The position numbers and the translations under genes are program-made. A stretch of DNA of 64,000 nt, from contig OX597838.1 in the NCBI GenBank assembly GCA_951406725.2, positions 30,318,001 to 30,382,000 of the forward strand. Reading direction: 5' to 3'. Source of the stretch: Octopus vulgaris. Its lineage: Eukaryota. This document shows, piece by piece, positions 1-13,982 of this stretch (positions are counted from its first letter, which is position 1; every line of letters starts with the position of its first letter). A model generated the notes under the pieces. The model had not been told where the DNA came from, did not search any database, and saw only the letters and a list, made by a program, of their open reading frames with translations.

Positions 1-404
1 GGGTCGATGTAATCGACTTAATCCATTCGTCTGTCCTTGTTTGTCCCTTCTGTGTTTAGCCCCTTGTGGGTAGTAAAGAAATAGGTATTGCGTCTGTCTT
101 AATGTTCTGAGTTCAAATTCCGCCGAGGTCGACTTTGCCTTTCATCCTTTCAGGATCGATAAATTAAGTACCAGTTACGCACTGGGGTCGATCTCATCGA
201 CTGGTCCCCTCCCCCAAAATTTCGGGCGTTGTTCCTGGAATAGAAAAAAATTAAGAACTTGTCTTCTCTAAAATTTTGACAATTAAGTGATTCGTTTAAA
301 ATGTGGAATTTAGAAAATGTCTTTACGGGACACCAAAATTCAAATGGACAACCTTCAACTTCAGATATTAAGCGAAGCAACATTTTGTAATTTTATTTAT
401 TCAT

Positions 405-439
<35 letters not shown>

Positions 440-589
440 TTGTTTTGACTTCTGTTTTGGTATTCTCTGGTGTTCCTGCCAATGGCGTGATTCTTGAATT
501 ATTGGCACTTTTTCAGATTGGCAACAGAAGCGATGTCATCGCTGATTTTATCAACCTGCCACTAACACTCAGCTGGAAGTGCAAAGATG

Positions 590-1060
590 CACACACACAC
601 ACACAGACACAGACACACACACACACATACACACACACACACACACAACACACACAGACACAGACACACACACACACATACACACAAATATACATACATA
701 AATACATACATACATACATGCATGCATGCATACATACATACATACATACATACATGCATACATACATACATACATACATACATACATACATACATACATA
801 CATACATACATACATACATACATAAATACATACATACATACATGCATACATACATACATACATACATACATACATACATACATACATACATGCATACATA
901 CATACATACATACATACATGCATACATACATACACACATACATACATACATACATACATACATACATACACACATACATACATACATACATACATACACA
1001 CATACATACATACATACATACATACACATACATACATACATACATACATACATGCATACA
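590..1060. repeat. (CA)n/(TACA)n microsatellite
   Basis: Direct reading; similar tracts at 3781-4640, 44243-44695, 51298-51960. Confidence 0.95.
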
Positions 1061-1431
1061 AACGAATAGACAGATAGACATAAATATATACGCATACATA
1101 TATCTATGCATACGCACACCCAACATATATATGTGGAGGCACATGGCCTAGTGGTTACAGCAGCGGACTCGCGGTCGAGGGATCGCGGGTTCGAATCTCA
1201 GACCGGGTGTGTGTGTTTATGAGCGAAACACCTAAGCTCCACGTGGCTCCGACAGAAGGTAATGGTGAAACTTCTGCTTTTTCTTTCGCCACAACTTTCT
1301 CTCACCCTTTCCTCCTGCATCTTGCAGCTCACCTGCGACGGACCGGCGTCCCGTCCAGGTGGGGAACCTATACGCCAAGAAACGGGGAAACCGGCCCTTA
1401 TGAGCCAGGCATGGCTCGAGAAGGAACAAAC

Positions 1432-1515
<84 letters not shown>

Positions 1516-1526
1516 ATATATGTATG

Positions 1527-1609
<83 letters not shown>

Positions 1610-1616
<7 letters not shown>

Positions 1617-1730
1617 ATTACGTGACCGACCAGGCTATCAGATGTTGCTACACATCGCTGGTCACAATGCGTTCGCATTGTTTTTTAGCCTTCGAATGAC
1701 GCCACCCCGCTGGCTAAGCGAGCAGGCCAA
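1610..1730 (-). mobile_element. LINE-like 3' end in (TA)n; related copy 10484-10608
   Basis: Shared tcacgtgat...gtgaccgaccag...acatcgctggtcac sequence, similar to the 52.5 kb RTE-like ends. Confidence 0.5.
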
Positions 1731-1732
1731 TA

Positions 1733-1833
<101 letters not shown>

Positions 1834-1837
1834 ATGG

Positions 1838-1868
<31 letters not shown>

Positions 1869-2119
1869 CGCTTGGCTTAGTGGTTAGGGTGTCAGCACCA
1901 TGATCGTAAGATTGTGGTTTCGATTACTGGACCGGGCGGCGCGTTGTGTTCTTGAGCAAAACACTTCATTTCACGTTGCTCCGGTCCACTCAGCTGGCAA
2001 AAATGAGCAACGCTGCGATGGACGGGCGGCCCGTCCAGCTGGGGAACACATACACCATAGAAACCGGGAAACCGGGCCCATGAGCCTGGCTAGGCTTTAA
2101 AAGGGCCGCAAAGAAGAAT

Positions 2120-2193
<74 letters not shown>

Positions 2194-2448
2194 TGTACAT
2201 TTCTATACAGAAAAGAGGTGAACTTAACAGGACACCTTAATTGCTAAAAAAAGCAGTTAAAGACCAAACCACAGATAAGAGAATTTCGAGGGGGATGAAA
2301 AATAAAAGCATTTCGATCGTAACCTACGCACTTAGGTTTCAACATCAATGGACAAATAAAATAATTTGCCATCTGTATCCTCATCAGCATAGGCGATATA
2401 ATTAATGTATATTTGTGGAACACTGAAAACACACATGTTCCATCTATA

Positions 2449-2842
2449 TCTTTATATATAAAAGTCAAGTTGTGTGTCTGTCTCCTACGATTTAGATTCC
2501 TAACTACTCCCACATTTTGCGGTGCAGTGTAACCAAAACCGGGTATCTTATAGTCGTGATTCATATCGAGCCCTTCTGGGTATTAGCGAACGTCTACAAT
2601 GAGTCTACGATTTTAAAAATAATTTACCATTATTTTTTCCATTTTAATGCATATTTTTTTAAATATAAGGAAAGTAACTCTCTAAAAATGTCTACGATGA
2701 GTCAACGATTTAAAAAAAAATTTACCATCATATTTTTTCCATTTTTAATGCATTTTTTGCTATATTTTGGCTATAACTCTCTAAAAATGCTTATATAGTT
2801 ATTTCCCTTACAAACCCGAGCAACGCCGGGCGATACTGCTAG
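2449..2842 (+). mobile_element. Non-autonomous Helitron family A
   Basis: 5' TC(tttatatataaaag), 3' hairpin cccgagcaacgccggg followed by CTAG|T; three copies in the window. Confidence 0.82.
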
Positions 2843-3012
2843 TACTTAATAGTTTTTCAAATCCACCGCGCAAGCGCAGTTAAAGTCGGCAACAAATAAA
2901 AAATTAACGTACCAATGTTCTTCTTCCCTTCCTTCCTGAGCGTCCAATAATTCTATATTTGTTCCACGTCCTCGCGTTGTTGTGTTTTCTCTTTGTGTTT
3001 TCATGTTTGGAT

Positions 3013-3088
<76 letters not shown>

Positions 3089-3333
3089 AGATAAGAAAAT
3101 GGAGAAATAAATCTAAATCAAATATCAATTACCAGATAATACTCAATCACATACTTTATTAAACCACCACATAAGAGACTGTAGGGTTAAATATAAAAGC
3201 AGAACAAATCAGTGTACATAAAGGAATGTACATAAAAAAGTGTACATAAAAGAATAATGTTGTATAATAAGTGGCAGTATATTGGATATATGTTATCCCA
3301 TGGAGGGTTGCTTTTACAACCCCTATCTCAATT

Positions 3334-3412
<79 letters not shown>

Positions 3413-3506
3413 CGGGAAGGTTTACGAAAATAAACAAAAGACGAAGGCAGGTGGAATACAAACAAACAATGTATTAGTATGGCGTTCAGGAATAGAAATA
3501 AACAAG

Positions 3507-3544
3507 TCTTTTACGTTTCGAGCCTACGCTCTTCGACAGAAAGA
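3507..3544 (-). ncRNA. Atypical minimal hammerhead-like motif
   Basis: TCTTT-CTGTCGAA-GAGC-GTAG-GCTC-GAAAC-GTA-AAAGA; stems I and II pair, core has U at position 6 and an extra A, stem III reduced to the palindrome ACGT. Confidence 0.5.
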
Positions 3545-3568
3545 TACACAGAAAAGAAACAAGGAGAG

Positions 3569-3631
<63 letters not shown>

Positions 3632-4531
3632 GGCTGATTCCAAAGTCGCCATACATAAGAACAATATATTTTTTAATAAAAAATAGTTTTTTATTTAACT
3701 GACTTATAAAAAATATTTTCCTATGTATGGTGAATTTTGAATAATATATATAAATAATATATATAAATAATATATATAAATGTGTATGTATGTATGTATG
3801 TATGTATGTATGTATGTATGTATGTATGTATGTATGCAAACATGTATGTATATATGTATATATTTATGCATGTATGTATGTAAACATGTATGTATGAATG
3901 TATGTATGCATGTATGTATGTATGTATGTATGTATGTATGCATGTTTGTATGAATGTATGTATGTATGTAAACATGTATGTATGTATGTATGTATGTATG
4001 TATGTATGTATGTATGTATTTATGTATGTATGTATGTATGTCTGTATGTATGCATGTATGTATGTATGTATGTATGTATGTATGCATGCATGCATGCATG
4101 TATGTATGTATGTATGCATGTATGTATGCATGTATGTATGTATGTATGTATGTATGTATGTATGTATGTATGTATGCATGCATGTATGTATGTATATATG
4201 TATTACGTATGTATGTATGTATTTATGTATGCATGTATGTATGTATTTATGTATGTATGTATGTTTGTATATAAACATGTATGTATGTATGCATGCATGT
4301 ATGTATGTATGTATGCATGTATGCATATATGCATGTATGTATATATGTATGTCTGTATGTATGTATGTATATATGTATGTATGCATGTATGCATGTACGT
4401 AAACATGTATGTATGTATGTATGTATGTATGTATGTATGTATGTATGTATGTATGTATGTATGTATGTATGTATGTATGTATGTATGTATGTATGCATGT
4501 ATGTATGTATGTATGTATGCATGCATGTATA

Positions 4532-4567
<36 letters not shown>

Positions 4568-4677
4568 TGTATGTGTGTATGTAAACATGTATGTATGTAT
4601 GTATGTATGTAAACATGTATTTATGTATGTATGTTTGTACGTACGTAAGCCTAAAAGTTATTTTTCTTTCTTTCCAG

Positions 4678-4722
4678 ACAAACAAGTTCGTGACAGGTTT
4701 CAAAATGATCCGTTCAAAAAAG
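4678..4722 (+). CDS. vWA-domain protein, short upstream coding exon (DKQVRDRFQNDPFKK)
   Basis: Polypyrimidine tract ending tttccag, 45-nt open exon, AAG|GTGAAT donor; phase 1-1 joins in frame to the 8296 exon. The start codon/first exon was not found and is probably upstream of the window. Confidence 0.65.
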
Positions 4723-4773
4723 GTGAATATATCAAATTTCTGTTTTACTGATATGCTTGCAGATTCCTCTTGG

Positions 4774-4869
<96 letters not shown>

Positions 4870-5299
4870 CTGTGCGGTTGTGGGGTAATGTTAGCAAGAA
4901 AGTACTATGTCTCCTTGAGACGTGGTTTCGAGTCCAAAGTACAACTTTCATCTTTTTCAATCCCAAACAATTTTCCGATGCCATTATTTGTAGCTTGATG
5001 AGACCTCCTAGTGAATTTGTGAAAAGGTTGGTGACCGTGGCAAAAAAAATGGTTTGTGACAAAAAGAAATGGCCTTGCTCTAACTGTACACCTCTAGATT
5101 GGAGGACAGGAGAGAGGGCTTGTGCCTTTGGTGGTCCGAGTAATCCTGGATCTATGGGGTCCCTTGATTGGCCCAAGTTGGAGATTCTCCTAGATCAGGA
5201 TGAATGAAATATTCATGGGTTCATTTTGTATAATATGTATACTTTTGTAGCATTCGCCGTCATTTTCTTCCTCTCACCTTTTACGTAAATCGCCCTCCC

Positions 5300-5515
5300 C
5301 CAAATTATATGTCAATTCTGATTTCTCTGACATATTTCTCGAACTTGGTTCTTAGTTCTCCAAGTGCCCCTGCAACCGCCGGAATGACAGACATTCTCCT
5401 CATAGTCCACACACTTGCAATTCCCCCTTTTAGTACTCTGTACTTTCCAGTCTTTCCTTGTTCTTTGTCACTTATGTGTGCATCCCCAGGTATGCAATAC
5501 CTATGATCCTGGTTT
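5300..5515 (-). mobile_element. R4-like restriction-like endonuclease fragment
   Basis: Minus-strand PGDAHISDKEQGKTGKY...VIPAVAGALG. Confidence 0.65.
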
Positions 5516-6050
5516 CTTTTTCCCCCTTATCTACCACAACAATGTCTGGTCTCCATCATAGAAGTGAGGTTACAGGAGCTTGCTGCTATAATCAAATTAC
5601 AGAACAAGGTAAAACCTGAAGTAAAAGAACAGCTAAAGCAAAACTTCCTCCCGAAGCAGAAGGAAAATTTCCAACAGGACACAGCGTCAAAAAGTGGTTT
5701 CAATATATTTGTCAACACGTGCTTTCTCGCAGATAAAATAATTCTCGGTTCCGCTTGTTACTATGGAAACAGGCATGAATGTGTTTGTGGCTTACAATTG
5801 GCTAAAATTACCCAAAATTTTCAAACTTTAGTCGCTAATAACTCTATTGATTTATATCAAAAATGATTTTCACGTCATTCATCAACCTGAATAAGTGTAT
5901 CATTACACTGAAATCAATTCGAACAGAATTGATGCTGACAGCCAAACCGATTAGACCCGAATATTCCTCTTCTAATAGGAATGGCTTTGATTTTTATGAG
6001 TCCCTCTTTTGTCTGGAGCTGTAGCACTGTAGCCATTAATTCATGGAATA

Positions 6051-6446
6051 TCTTTATATATAAAAGAGAGGTTGTGTGTCTGTCTACTCCGATTTAGATT
6101 CCTAACTGCTCCCACATTTTGCGGTGCAGTGTAACCAAAACCGGGTATCTTATAGTCGTGATTCATATCGAGCACTTCTGGCTATTAGAGCGCGTCTACG
6201 ATGAGTCTACGATTTTAAAAATAATTTACCATCATTTTTTTCCCATTTTAATGCATTTTTTCGCTATTATAAGGGAAGTAACTCTCTAAAAATGTCTACG
6301 ATGAGTCAACGATTTAAAAAGAATTTACCATCATTTGTTTTCCAATTTTAATGCATTTTTTTGCTATTTTTTTGGCTATAACTCTCTAAAAATGCTTTAT
6401 AGTTATTTCCCTTACAAACCCGAGCAACGCCGGGCGATACTGCTAG
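6051..6446 (+). mobile_element. Non-autonomous Helitron family A
   Basis: A|TC...hairpin...CTAG|T; near-identical to the 2449 copy. Confidence 0.82.
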
Positions 6447-6619
6447 TTTTATATATTTTATTATTGGGTGCTACCTTGTTCATGGCTAGTGTGTCCAGGA
6501 TCTATGTGTGGGGAATAAAGTCAAAAGCCTTTGGCAACAAACTCTTGCTTTACCTCTTCTTTTACCTCAGGTACACCTTGTTCTGCAGTTTTGTATTTGA
6601 GTAGTATTTTTCTTCTACC

Positions 6620-7535
6620 TGTTGTTTAGCAGAGTTGCTTGCATACTGATTTCATTAAGGACTGCTTACTACCTGCAGCCTACAGTACCATACCATTTGT
6701 TCTTTACACCTGTCCAATACTTTCCTGATTCTTCTGGCCGTGCCAAGGAGGCAAACCTTTCGTAACAGTTCTACTGGGCACTCTTTCCCAATTTCCTTTA
6801 TATTCCTCTCGGTGCTTCCTGATTCTGTTCTCAAGGACTCAACAATAATTGGCATTAACTTCCTCCTTCTTCATTTTCCATAGCCGGGCTATTTCGTACT
6901 TAACAGGGTAATATCTATCTATTTTTTCGCCTCGGGCACTCTATCCTAATTTCCTTTATATTCCTCTTGGTGCTTCCTGATTCTGTTCTCAAGGACTCAG
7001 CAATAATTGGCATTAACTTCCCCCTTCTTCATTTTCCATAGCCGGGCTATTTCGTACTTAACAGGGTAATATCTATCTATTTTTGTCGCCTCGATCTTGA
7101 CTAATCGTGGATCAAAAGGACACACAACATCAACTATATAGCACATATGGTGCACCTTGTCCACCACCAGTATGTCCAGTCTGTTACGCTCTAACACTTA
7201 ATCTGTTTGGACTGGGAAATCTCAGAGGATTTTGCTAGTCTTCAATTCTGCCGCTCTCTGTCATTTGTTTCATACTACGTCTTGCCTCTCTCTCTAGTCC
7301 GTCCCCTTTCACACAGTTACCAATGTAGCACTTTCGATACCTGATCGCGTCGCCACAATTTGTAGTGGTTTTGGGCAAGACTAGGGTGTTCCTTTGTGAT
7401 ATGGGCAATGGATTGATCCACTCTATTACAGATGCGGCACTGCGGAGGCATTTGCTTATTCCAAAGGTTGACCCCTTGGTCTTGCGCTGCTAGTATAGAG
7501 CTCTCAGTCTCTTTTTTAAGGGTTCTTTTCTTCAG
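6620..7535 (-). mobile_element. R4/Dong-like non-LTR retrotransposon 3' fragment (Zn knuckle plus restriction-like endonuclease), decayed
   Basis: CRIC, NRLDILVVDK...IVDVVCP...KIDRY...EIARLW, LLGTARRIRKVL; internal tandem duplication 6791-6934/6948-7093. Confidence 0.8.
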
Positions 7536-7774
7536 TGAAGGCGCATGGCTCAGTGGTTAGAGCGTCGATCTTACGGTGGTGAGGTTGTGAGTTCGATTCC
7601 CGGACCGGGCTGTGTGTTGTGTTCTTGAGCAAGACACTTTATTTCACATTGCTCCTGTTCACTCAGCTGTAGAAATGAGTTGTGACATCACTGGTGCCAA
7701 GCTGTATCGGCCCCTTTGCTTTTCCCTAGGGTAACATCAGGGGTGTGGAGAGGGGAGGCTGGTATGCATGAGCA

Positions 7775-8272
<498 letters not shown>

Positions 8273-8295
8273 TAGTCTTATTATTTTGCTTTCAG

Positions 8296-8865
8296 CTTGT
8301 GGAGGCGTGCCAGCTGAAATTGTGTTCATAATTGATAGCTCTCGCAGTATATATCCCCCCCATTTCACGGAACAGATAAAATTTGTTGGAAACTTTGTGA
8401 AAATCTTTACAATAGGACCTAACGCTGTGCAAGTCGGTGTCGTAACCTATGGTGACATAATTATTCCACAAAACACGTTCCTCTGGAATAAGTACCAAGA
8501 CGAAGTGAGTCTAGTAAATGCCATCTCTAATATTGGATTCGATTTTGATAATGGTGGGACCACACAAACTGCGTTGGGCATCAGATATGCACGCGAAGAA
8601 ATGTTCATTAAAAGCAAACGAAGAGGTATTCAGAAAATTGCTATTCTGATCACAGATGGCGTATCGACGCATCCTTCTGAAGCCGTGCAAGAAGCAGAAG
8701 CATTACGAAAACTGGGCGTAATGTTAATCGGTGTTGGTGTTGGCAAAAGTGCTTCAAGATCAGAATTAGTACTCCTCACGGGTGACCCATCTCGTGTCTT
8801 CATGGTTTCGGGTTACGATCTGTTGGATACAGTTAAACAAAAGTTAGAGTTGAAAGCCTGCCTGC
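8296..8865 (+). CDS. vWA domain 1 exon of a matrilin/collagen VI-like vWA protein
   Basis: ttttgctttcag acceptor, C|GTATGT donor, 570 nt, phase 1-1. Translation ACGGVPAEIVFIIDSSRSI...VQVGVVTYG...GGTTQTALG...IAILITDG...IGVGVG...KAC has an intact MIDAS (DxSxS, T, D) and flanking cysteines. Confidence 0.95.
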
Positions 8866-9539
8866 GTATGTATACTCTTTTATTCTTTTTTTTTTATTTA
8901 TGGTTTTTGTATTTCTGTTGTTCTTTTATTCGTTTTACTTGTTTCAGTCATCACACTGTGGCCATGCTGGAGCACCGGTTTTTTTTAGTCGAACAAATTG
9001 ACCCCCACACCCAAAACCACCCCCACACCCACCCACCAGGACTTACTCTTTGTAAGCCTACTGCTTTCTTTTTCTAACGCGGTACTTATTCTTTTGCTGA
9101 ACCGCTAAGTTACTATTTACAATGATATCCATTACTCTTTTACTTGTTTCAGTCATTTGACTGCGGCCATGCTGGAGCACCACCTTTAGTCGAGCAAATC
9201 GACCCCGGGACTTATTCTTTGTAAGCCCAGTACTTATTCTATCGGTCTCTTTTTGCCGAACCGCTAAGTGACGGGGACGTAAACACACCAGCATCGGTTG
9301 TCAAGCAATGCTAGGGGGACAAACACAGACACACAAAACACACACATATATATACATATATATATACATATATACGACAGGCTTCTTTCAGTTTCCGTCT
9401 ACCAAATTCACTCACAAGGCATTGGTCGGCCCGGGGCTATAGCAGAAGACACTTGCCCAAGATGCCACGCAGTGGGATTTTACCCGGAACCATGTGGTTG
9501 GTTAGCAAGCTACTTACCACACAGCCACTCCTGCGCCTA

Positions 9540-9825
9540 TTGGAAACTTTGTTTGGACATATTCGTCAAAGGCATGTCGGAACCAGGACGTATTCACACC
9601 AAAAAAAATGCTGGTAGAACAGTCGAATAAAGACAACAACGTTGTGTACACATAATAGACCTGATATTGTTCTGTTGGACTGGAAACGGAAGTCATGTGC
9701 TGTTGTAGGGGTCAGTTGCCCAGCAGATGTGAATGTACCGTCAAAGTCCAGGAGAAAGAGAATTTATATGGCGAATTAATGCGGAACTTACAACCCTTCT
9801 TCCCTGAGTATAAACTTCCCTTGGT
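9540..9825 (+). mobile_element. RLE-type LINE fragment
   Basis: HNRPDIVLLDW...VSCPAD...EKENLYGELMRNLQ. Confidence 0.7.
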
Positions 9826-10408
9826 ATCTTTTGGAAGCACTCCGTCGGTTACGACGACGAGGGTTCCGGTTGATCCGATCAACGGAACAGCCTGCTCGTG
9901 AAATTAACGTGTAAGTGGCTGAGCACTCCACAGACACGTGTACCCTTAATGTAGTTCTCGGGGATATTCAGCGTGACACAGAGAGTGACAAGGCTGGCCC
10001 TTTGAAATACAGGTACAACAGAAACAGGAAGTAAGAGTGAGAGAAAGTTGTGGTGAAAGAGTACAGCAGGGATCACCACCAACCCTTGCCGGAGCCTCGT
10101 GGAGCTTTAGGTGTTTTCGCTCAATAAACACTCACAACGCCCGGTCTGGGAATCGAAACCGCGATCCTACGACCTCGAGTCCGCTGCCCTAACCACTGGG
10201 CCATTGCGCCTCCACCCTTTGAATCTATCAGCATACGTGTATTCATCAGTAGACGCACGCACACACATATATATGCATACAGACAGTCACACATACACAT
10301 ACACACACATACACACACACTTGTATTATATTCTAATTCAGGTATTTAGTTGCCTTTCACGAAACCTCACCGATGAAAATGAACACGAATGGTGACACAC
10401 ATACACGC

Positions 10409-10481
<73 letters not shown>

Positions 10482-11071
10482 TATCACGTGATCTTGTGAT
10501 CGATCAGACTCTCGGATGTTGTTATACATCGCTGGTCACGATGCACTTTGCATCATTTTAGTTTTCGAATGAGCCCCTCCCCTCTCAACTGGGTGCTTCA
10601 GCAGGCCATCACTCCCCCCTCCCCCCACTGCCACCTGATCGGAATACAGGGTCCATTACAGGGTGGCCACCCATTTACAGGCTGAGTGAACTGGAGCAAC
10701 GTGAAATAAAGTGTCTTGCTCAAGAACACAACGCACTACATGGCCACAGAATCGAACCCAAGATCTAACGATCGCGAGTACGACGTTTTAACCACTAGGC
10801 TACGCGCCTACACACACACACACACATTATTAGTATATTACAATTGTTGTTGTTGCTATTATTATTGATAATGCAACGAACTGACAGAATCATTTCTGGG
10901 CCGGGAAAAAATGTTTCGCGGCATTACATTCTGAGTTCAAATTCCGCCGAGATCGTTTTTGCTTTTCATCCTTTTGAGGTCGATAAAATCAGTACCAGTT
11001 ACGAATTGGGGTCGATGTAATCGACTTAATCCCTTCCCCCAAAAATTTGAGGCCTTGTGCTTCCACTAGAA

Positions 11072-11159
<88 letters not shown>

Positions 11160-11170
11160 GTTATTATTAT

Positions 11171-11730
11171 TGAGTGAGAGAGCAGTTCATGCCATCAAAG
11201 TGACACTGGGGTAAAATATACGAAGCCCAATATACCCATCATGACTACCCGTCTGATAAGGGTACACCAGGCACATGCATCACAACCATATGTGCGCGAC
11301 ATGGTGATCTCATATCAAGGTAAACAGCACATGACCTTGCAGGTGGGGCCCAGTTAGAATTTTCTTCAGGTTGAGTAGCCCATCCCGCTCAAAAGGTCCC
11401 TGAATAAGGGCTGTTTAAGGTTGTTGAAAGAAACACCCATGTTTCCAGAGGTGATTTATTCAAATCCCAAAGAATCCCTCTCAACACATGGCTATGATGT
11501 TATCCAACTACTTCTGCTCGTGATCAGAGAGGCACATATCGTCAGCCACAAAGGGACATGGTCAACTGGTTAAGGTCAAACAACTAACAAGCAAAATCTG
11601 TGGTATTCAGCAGAATATTTGCTGTAGCCCATCTTTTATACCTAGACAAAACAATGTACATGATAACACTTCCAATCAGTTAAGATCAGAAGCCATGAGA
11701 GCCACTGTCTGGTACTGCATCAGGGCATTT
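11171..11730 (-). mobile_element. ~560-bp non-coding retroposon in (TAA)n, longest form; adjacent copy 11808-12352
   Basis: Seven copies in the window (11171, 11808, 35874, 37020 partial, 57075, 59978, 61390) share the end ctctctcactc(aat)n. Confidence 0.8.
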
Positions 11731-11752
11731 ATTATTATTATTATTGTTGTTG

Positions 11753-11808
<56 letters not shown>

Positions 11809-12352
11809 GAGTGAGAGAGCAGTGCATGCCATCAAAGTGACACTGGGATAAAATATACGAAGCCCAATATACCCATCATGACTACCCGTCTGATAAAGGT
11901 ACACCAGGCACATGCATCACAACCATATGTGCGCGACATGGTGATCTCATATCAAGATAAACAGCACATGACCTCGCAGGTGGGGCCCAGTTAGAATTTT
12001 CTTCAGGTTGAGTAGCCCATCCCGCTCAAAAGGTCCCTGAATAAGGATTGTTTAAGGATTGTTTAAAGAACCACCCATGTTTCCAGAGGTGAATTATTCA
12101 AACCCCAAAGAATCCCTCTCAACACATGGCTATGATGCTCCCCCACTACTTCTGCTCGTGATCAGAGATGCACATATCGTCAGCCACTAAGGGACATGCT
12201 CAACTGGTTAAGGTCAAACAACTGACAAGCAAATCTGTGGTATTGAGCAGAATATTTGCTGTAGCCCATCTTTTATACCAAGACAAAACAATGTACATGA
12301 TAACACTTCCAATCAGTTAAGATCAGAAGCTCCCAATCAGTTAAGATCAGAA

Positions 12353-12429
<77 letters not shown>

Positions 12430-12480
12430 CATCATCATCGTTATTATTCTTATTATTAATCAGCGTCTCTTTCTTTATAG

Positions 12481-12528
12481 CTCCAACCACTACTCCGCCA
12501 CCAACTACTCCCCCACCGAAGGAACAAC
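12481..12528 (+). CDS. vWA protein Pro/Thr-rich linker exon (PPTTTPPPTTPPPKEQ)
   Basis: ttctttatag acceptor, C|GTAAGT donor, 48 nt, phase 1-1, in frame with both neighbours. Confidence 0.85.
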
Positions 12529-12664
12529 GTAAGTATCTCAACGCACTGACTCCTGCATTCAAAAGAATCCCACCCCCTTCATTGTATCCCCGACGGTCCT
12601 ATGTATTAGCCTTGTTTGAGTCTCTTTTACTTAGCAGGTGTCTATAGATGTCTCTTCCCCTTAA

Positions 12665-12732
<68 letters not shown>

Positions 12733-13215
12733 GAAAGTTGGTTTGTGAAAGCACGTGGTTGAATATATAGAAAATAGTAAAAAGTGAAAAAACTACAGAA
12801 GGCTTAAAGGTTAAAAAATATATATATTTGCGTCAATATGTCTGAAGAATATTAAAAATTTTTTTCTTACAATGACATAGTTTAGAAGAAATATATATAT
12901 ATATATATATATAGAATTAAATGACAAGGGATGGGGAATTACAGAAATAATTTCATTAGCTTACCGCCGTTTCTGCTGAAAGTTGCGGTGCTCTCAGAGC
13001 TAAGTGCTTGAGCATCATCTGATACGCTTCTACTTCACCTTATAGCTTCCTCGAAGCTCCGAGGAAGCTATATGGTGGTTAACAACCACTCAGCTCTCTG
13101 TTCTCACGGCAGAAACAGTTGTAAGCTCATGAAAATTGTCTAGATAATCTCTGTTCCTTAATCATTTATTTAATTTCATATTACGCTCTGTACTCACCTA
13201 ACGCTGTATTCTGTG

Positions 13216-13813
13216 AGGGTGTTGAAAAGTTCCTGGCTTTAAAGGTATCTTGAAAGGCCTGGTTGGAGGTCCAGCATTCCAAGTTCTTTTGCAAGGCTTA
13301 GAAACACCGGAAGACCACTACAATAAGTGTGTGAATCTATCTGAGAGGGGAATATCTCTCTCTATATAAACGGCAGTTTGTCTGTGTGTGTGTCTGTGTG
13401 TCTATTAGGTTGTACCCTCACCCTGACCACGGCTTTCAACCGATTCTGATGAAACTTGATACACACATAGCCCAATGTCATAATTCAAAACTAACGCAGC
13501 GAAAATTTTGAAAAGTTCCCCCAGTTCTGAAAAAGATCGATAAATTCGACATGGGGTCGAGAATCAGAAACACAAACCACAGACTGTCTAGGGGACGCAA
13601 CTCGACCTTTTAACTCTCAAAAAAAATTTACCATCATTTTTTTCCATTTTTTGCTATTTTTGGGCTATAACTCTCTAAAAATGCTTTATAGTTATTTCCC
13701 TTACAAACCCGAGCAACGCCGGGTGATACTGCTAGTGTTGAATAAAATCATAATTTACATATCTTCCTATATTTCTTTTATTCAAAGCTAGGGACTTTTC
13801 AGAGCCCACTCGT
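13216..13813. mobile_element. Mariner-type MITE interrupted by a Helitron; related copies 53348-53568 and 53866-54061
   Basis: TIR-like gagggtgttgaaaagttcctggcttt / aaagctagggacttttcag; body is the reverse complement of the 53 kb copies. Confidence 0.75.
13355..13735 (+). mobile_element. Non-autonomous Helitron family B
   Basis: TC start, same 3' end as family A; removing it restores gaggggaata|tgttgaataaaatc of the host MITE (A|T insertion, no TSD). Confidence 0.85.
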
Positions 13814-13873
13814 ACATTGAGTTCTAATCATTGGTTATTAGCATTGGTATGACTAAGCGAAACATTAATACAT

Positions 13874-13982
<109 letters not shown>

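Noticed and set aside
517-580. Possible additional vWA gene exon after tttcag
   Set aside because: The phase-1 frame has a stop and there is no convincing donor
445-1151. Long ORFs such as [16 protein letters not shown], and poly-I/M/N/L/S ORFs throughout the window
   Set aside because: Translations of microsatellites that lack stop codons; no coding signal
1133-1207. tRNA-like sequences here and at other SINE heads
   Set aside because: A/B boxes continue into SINE bodies and acceptor stems are imperfect; not called as tRNA genes
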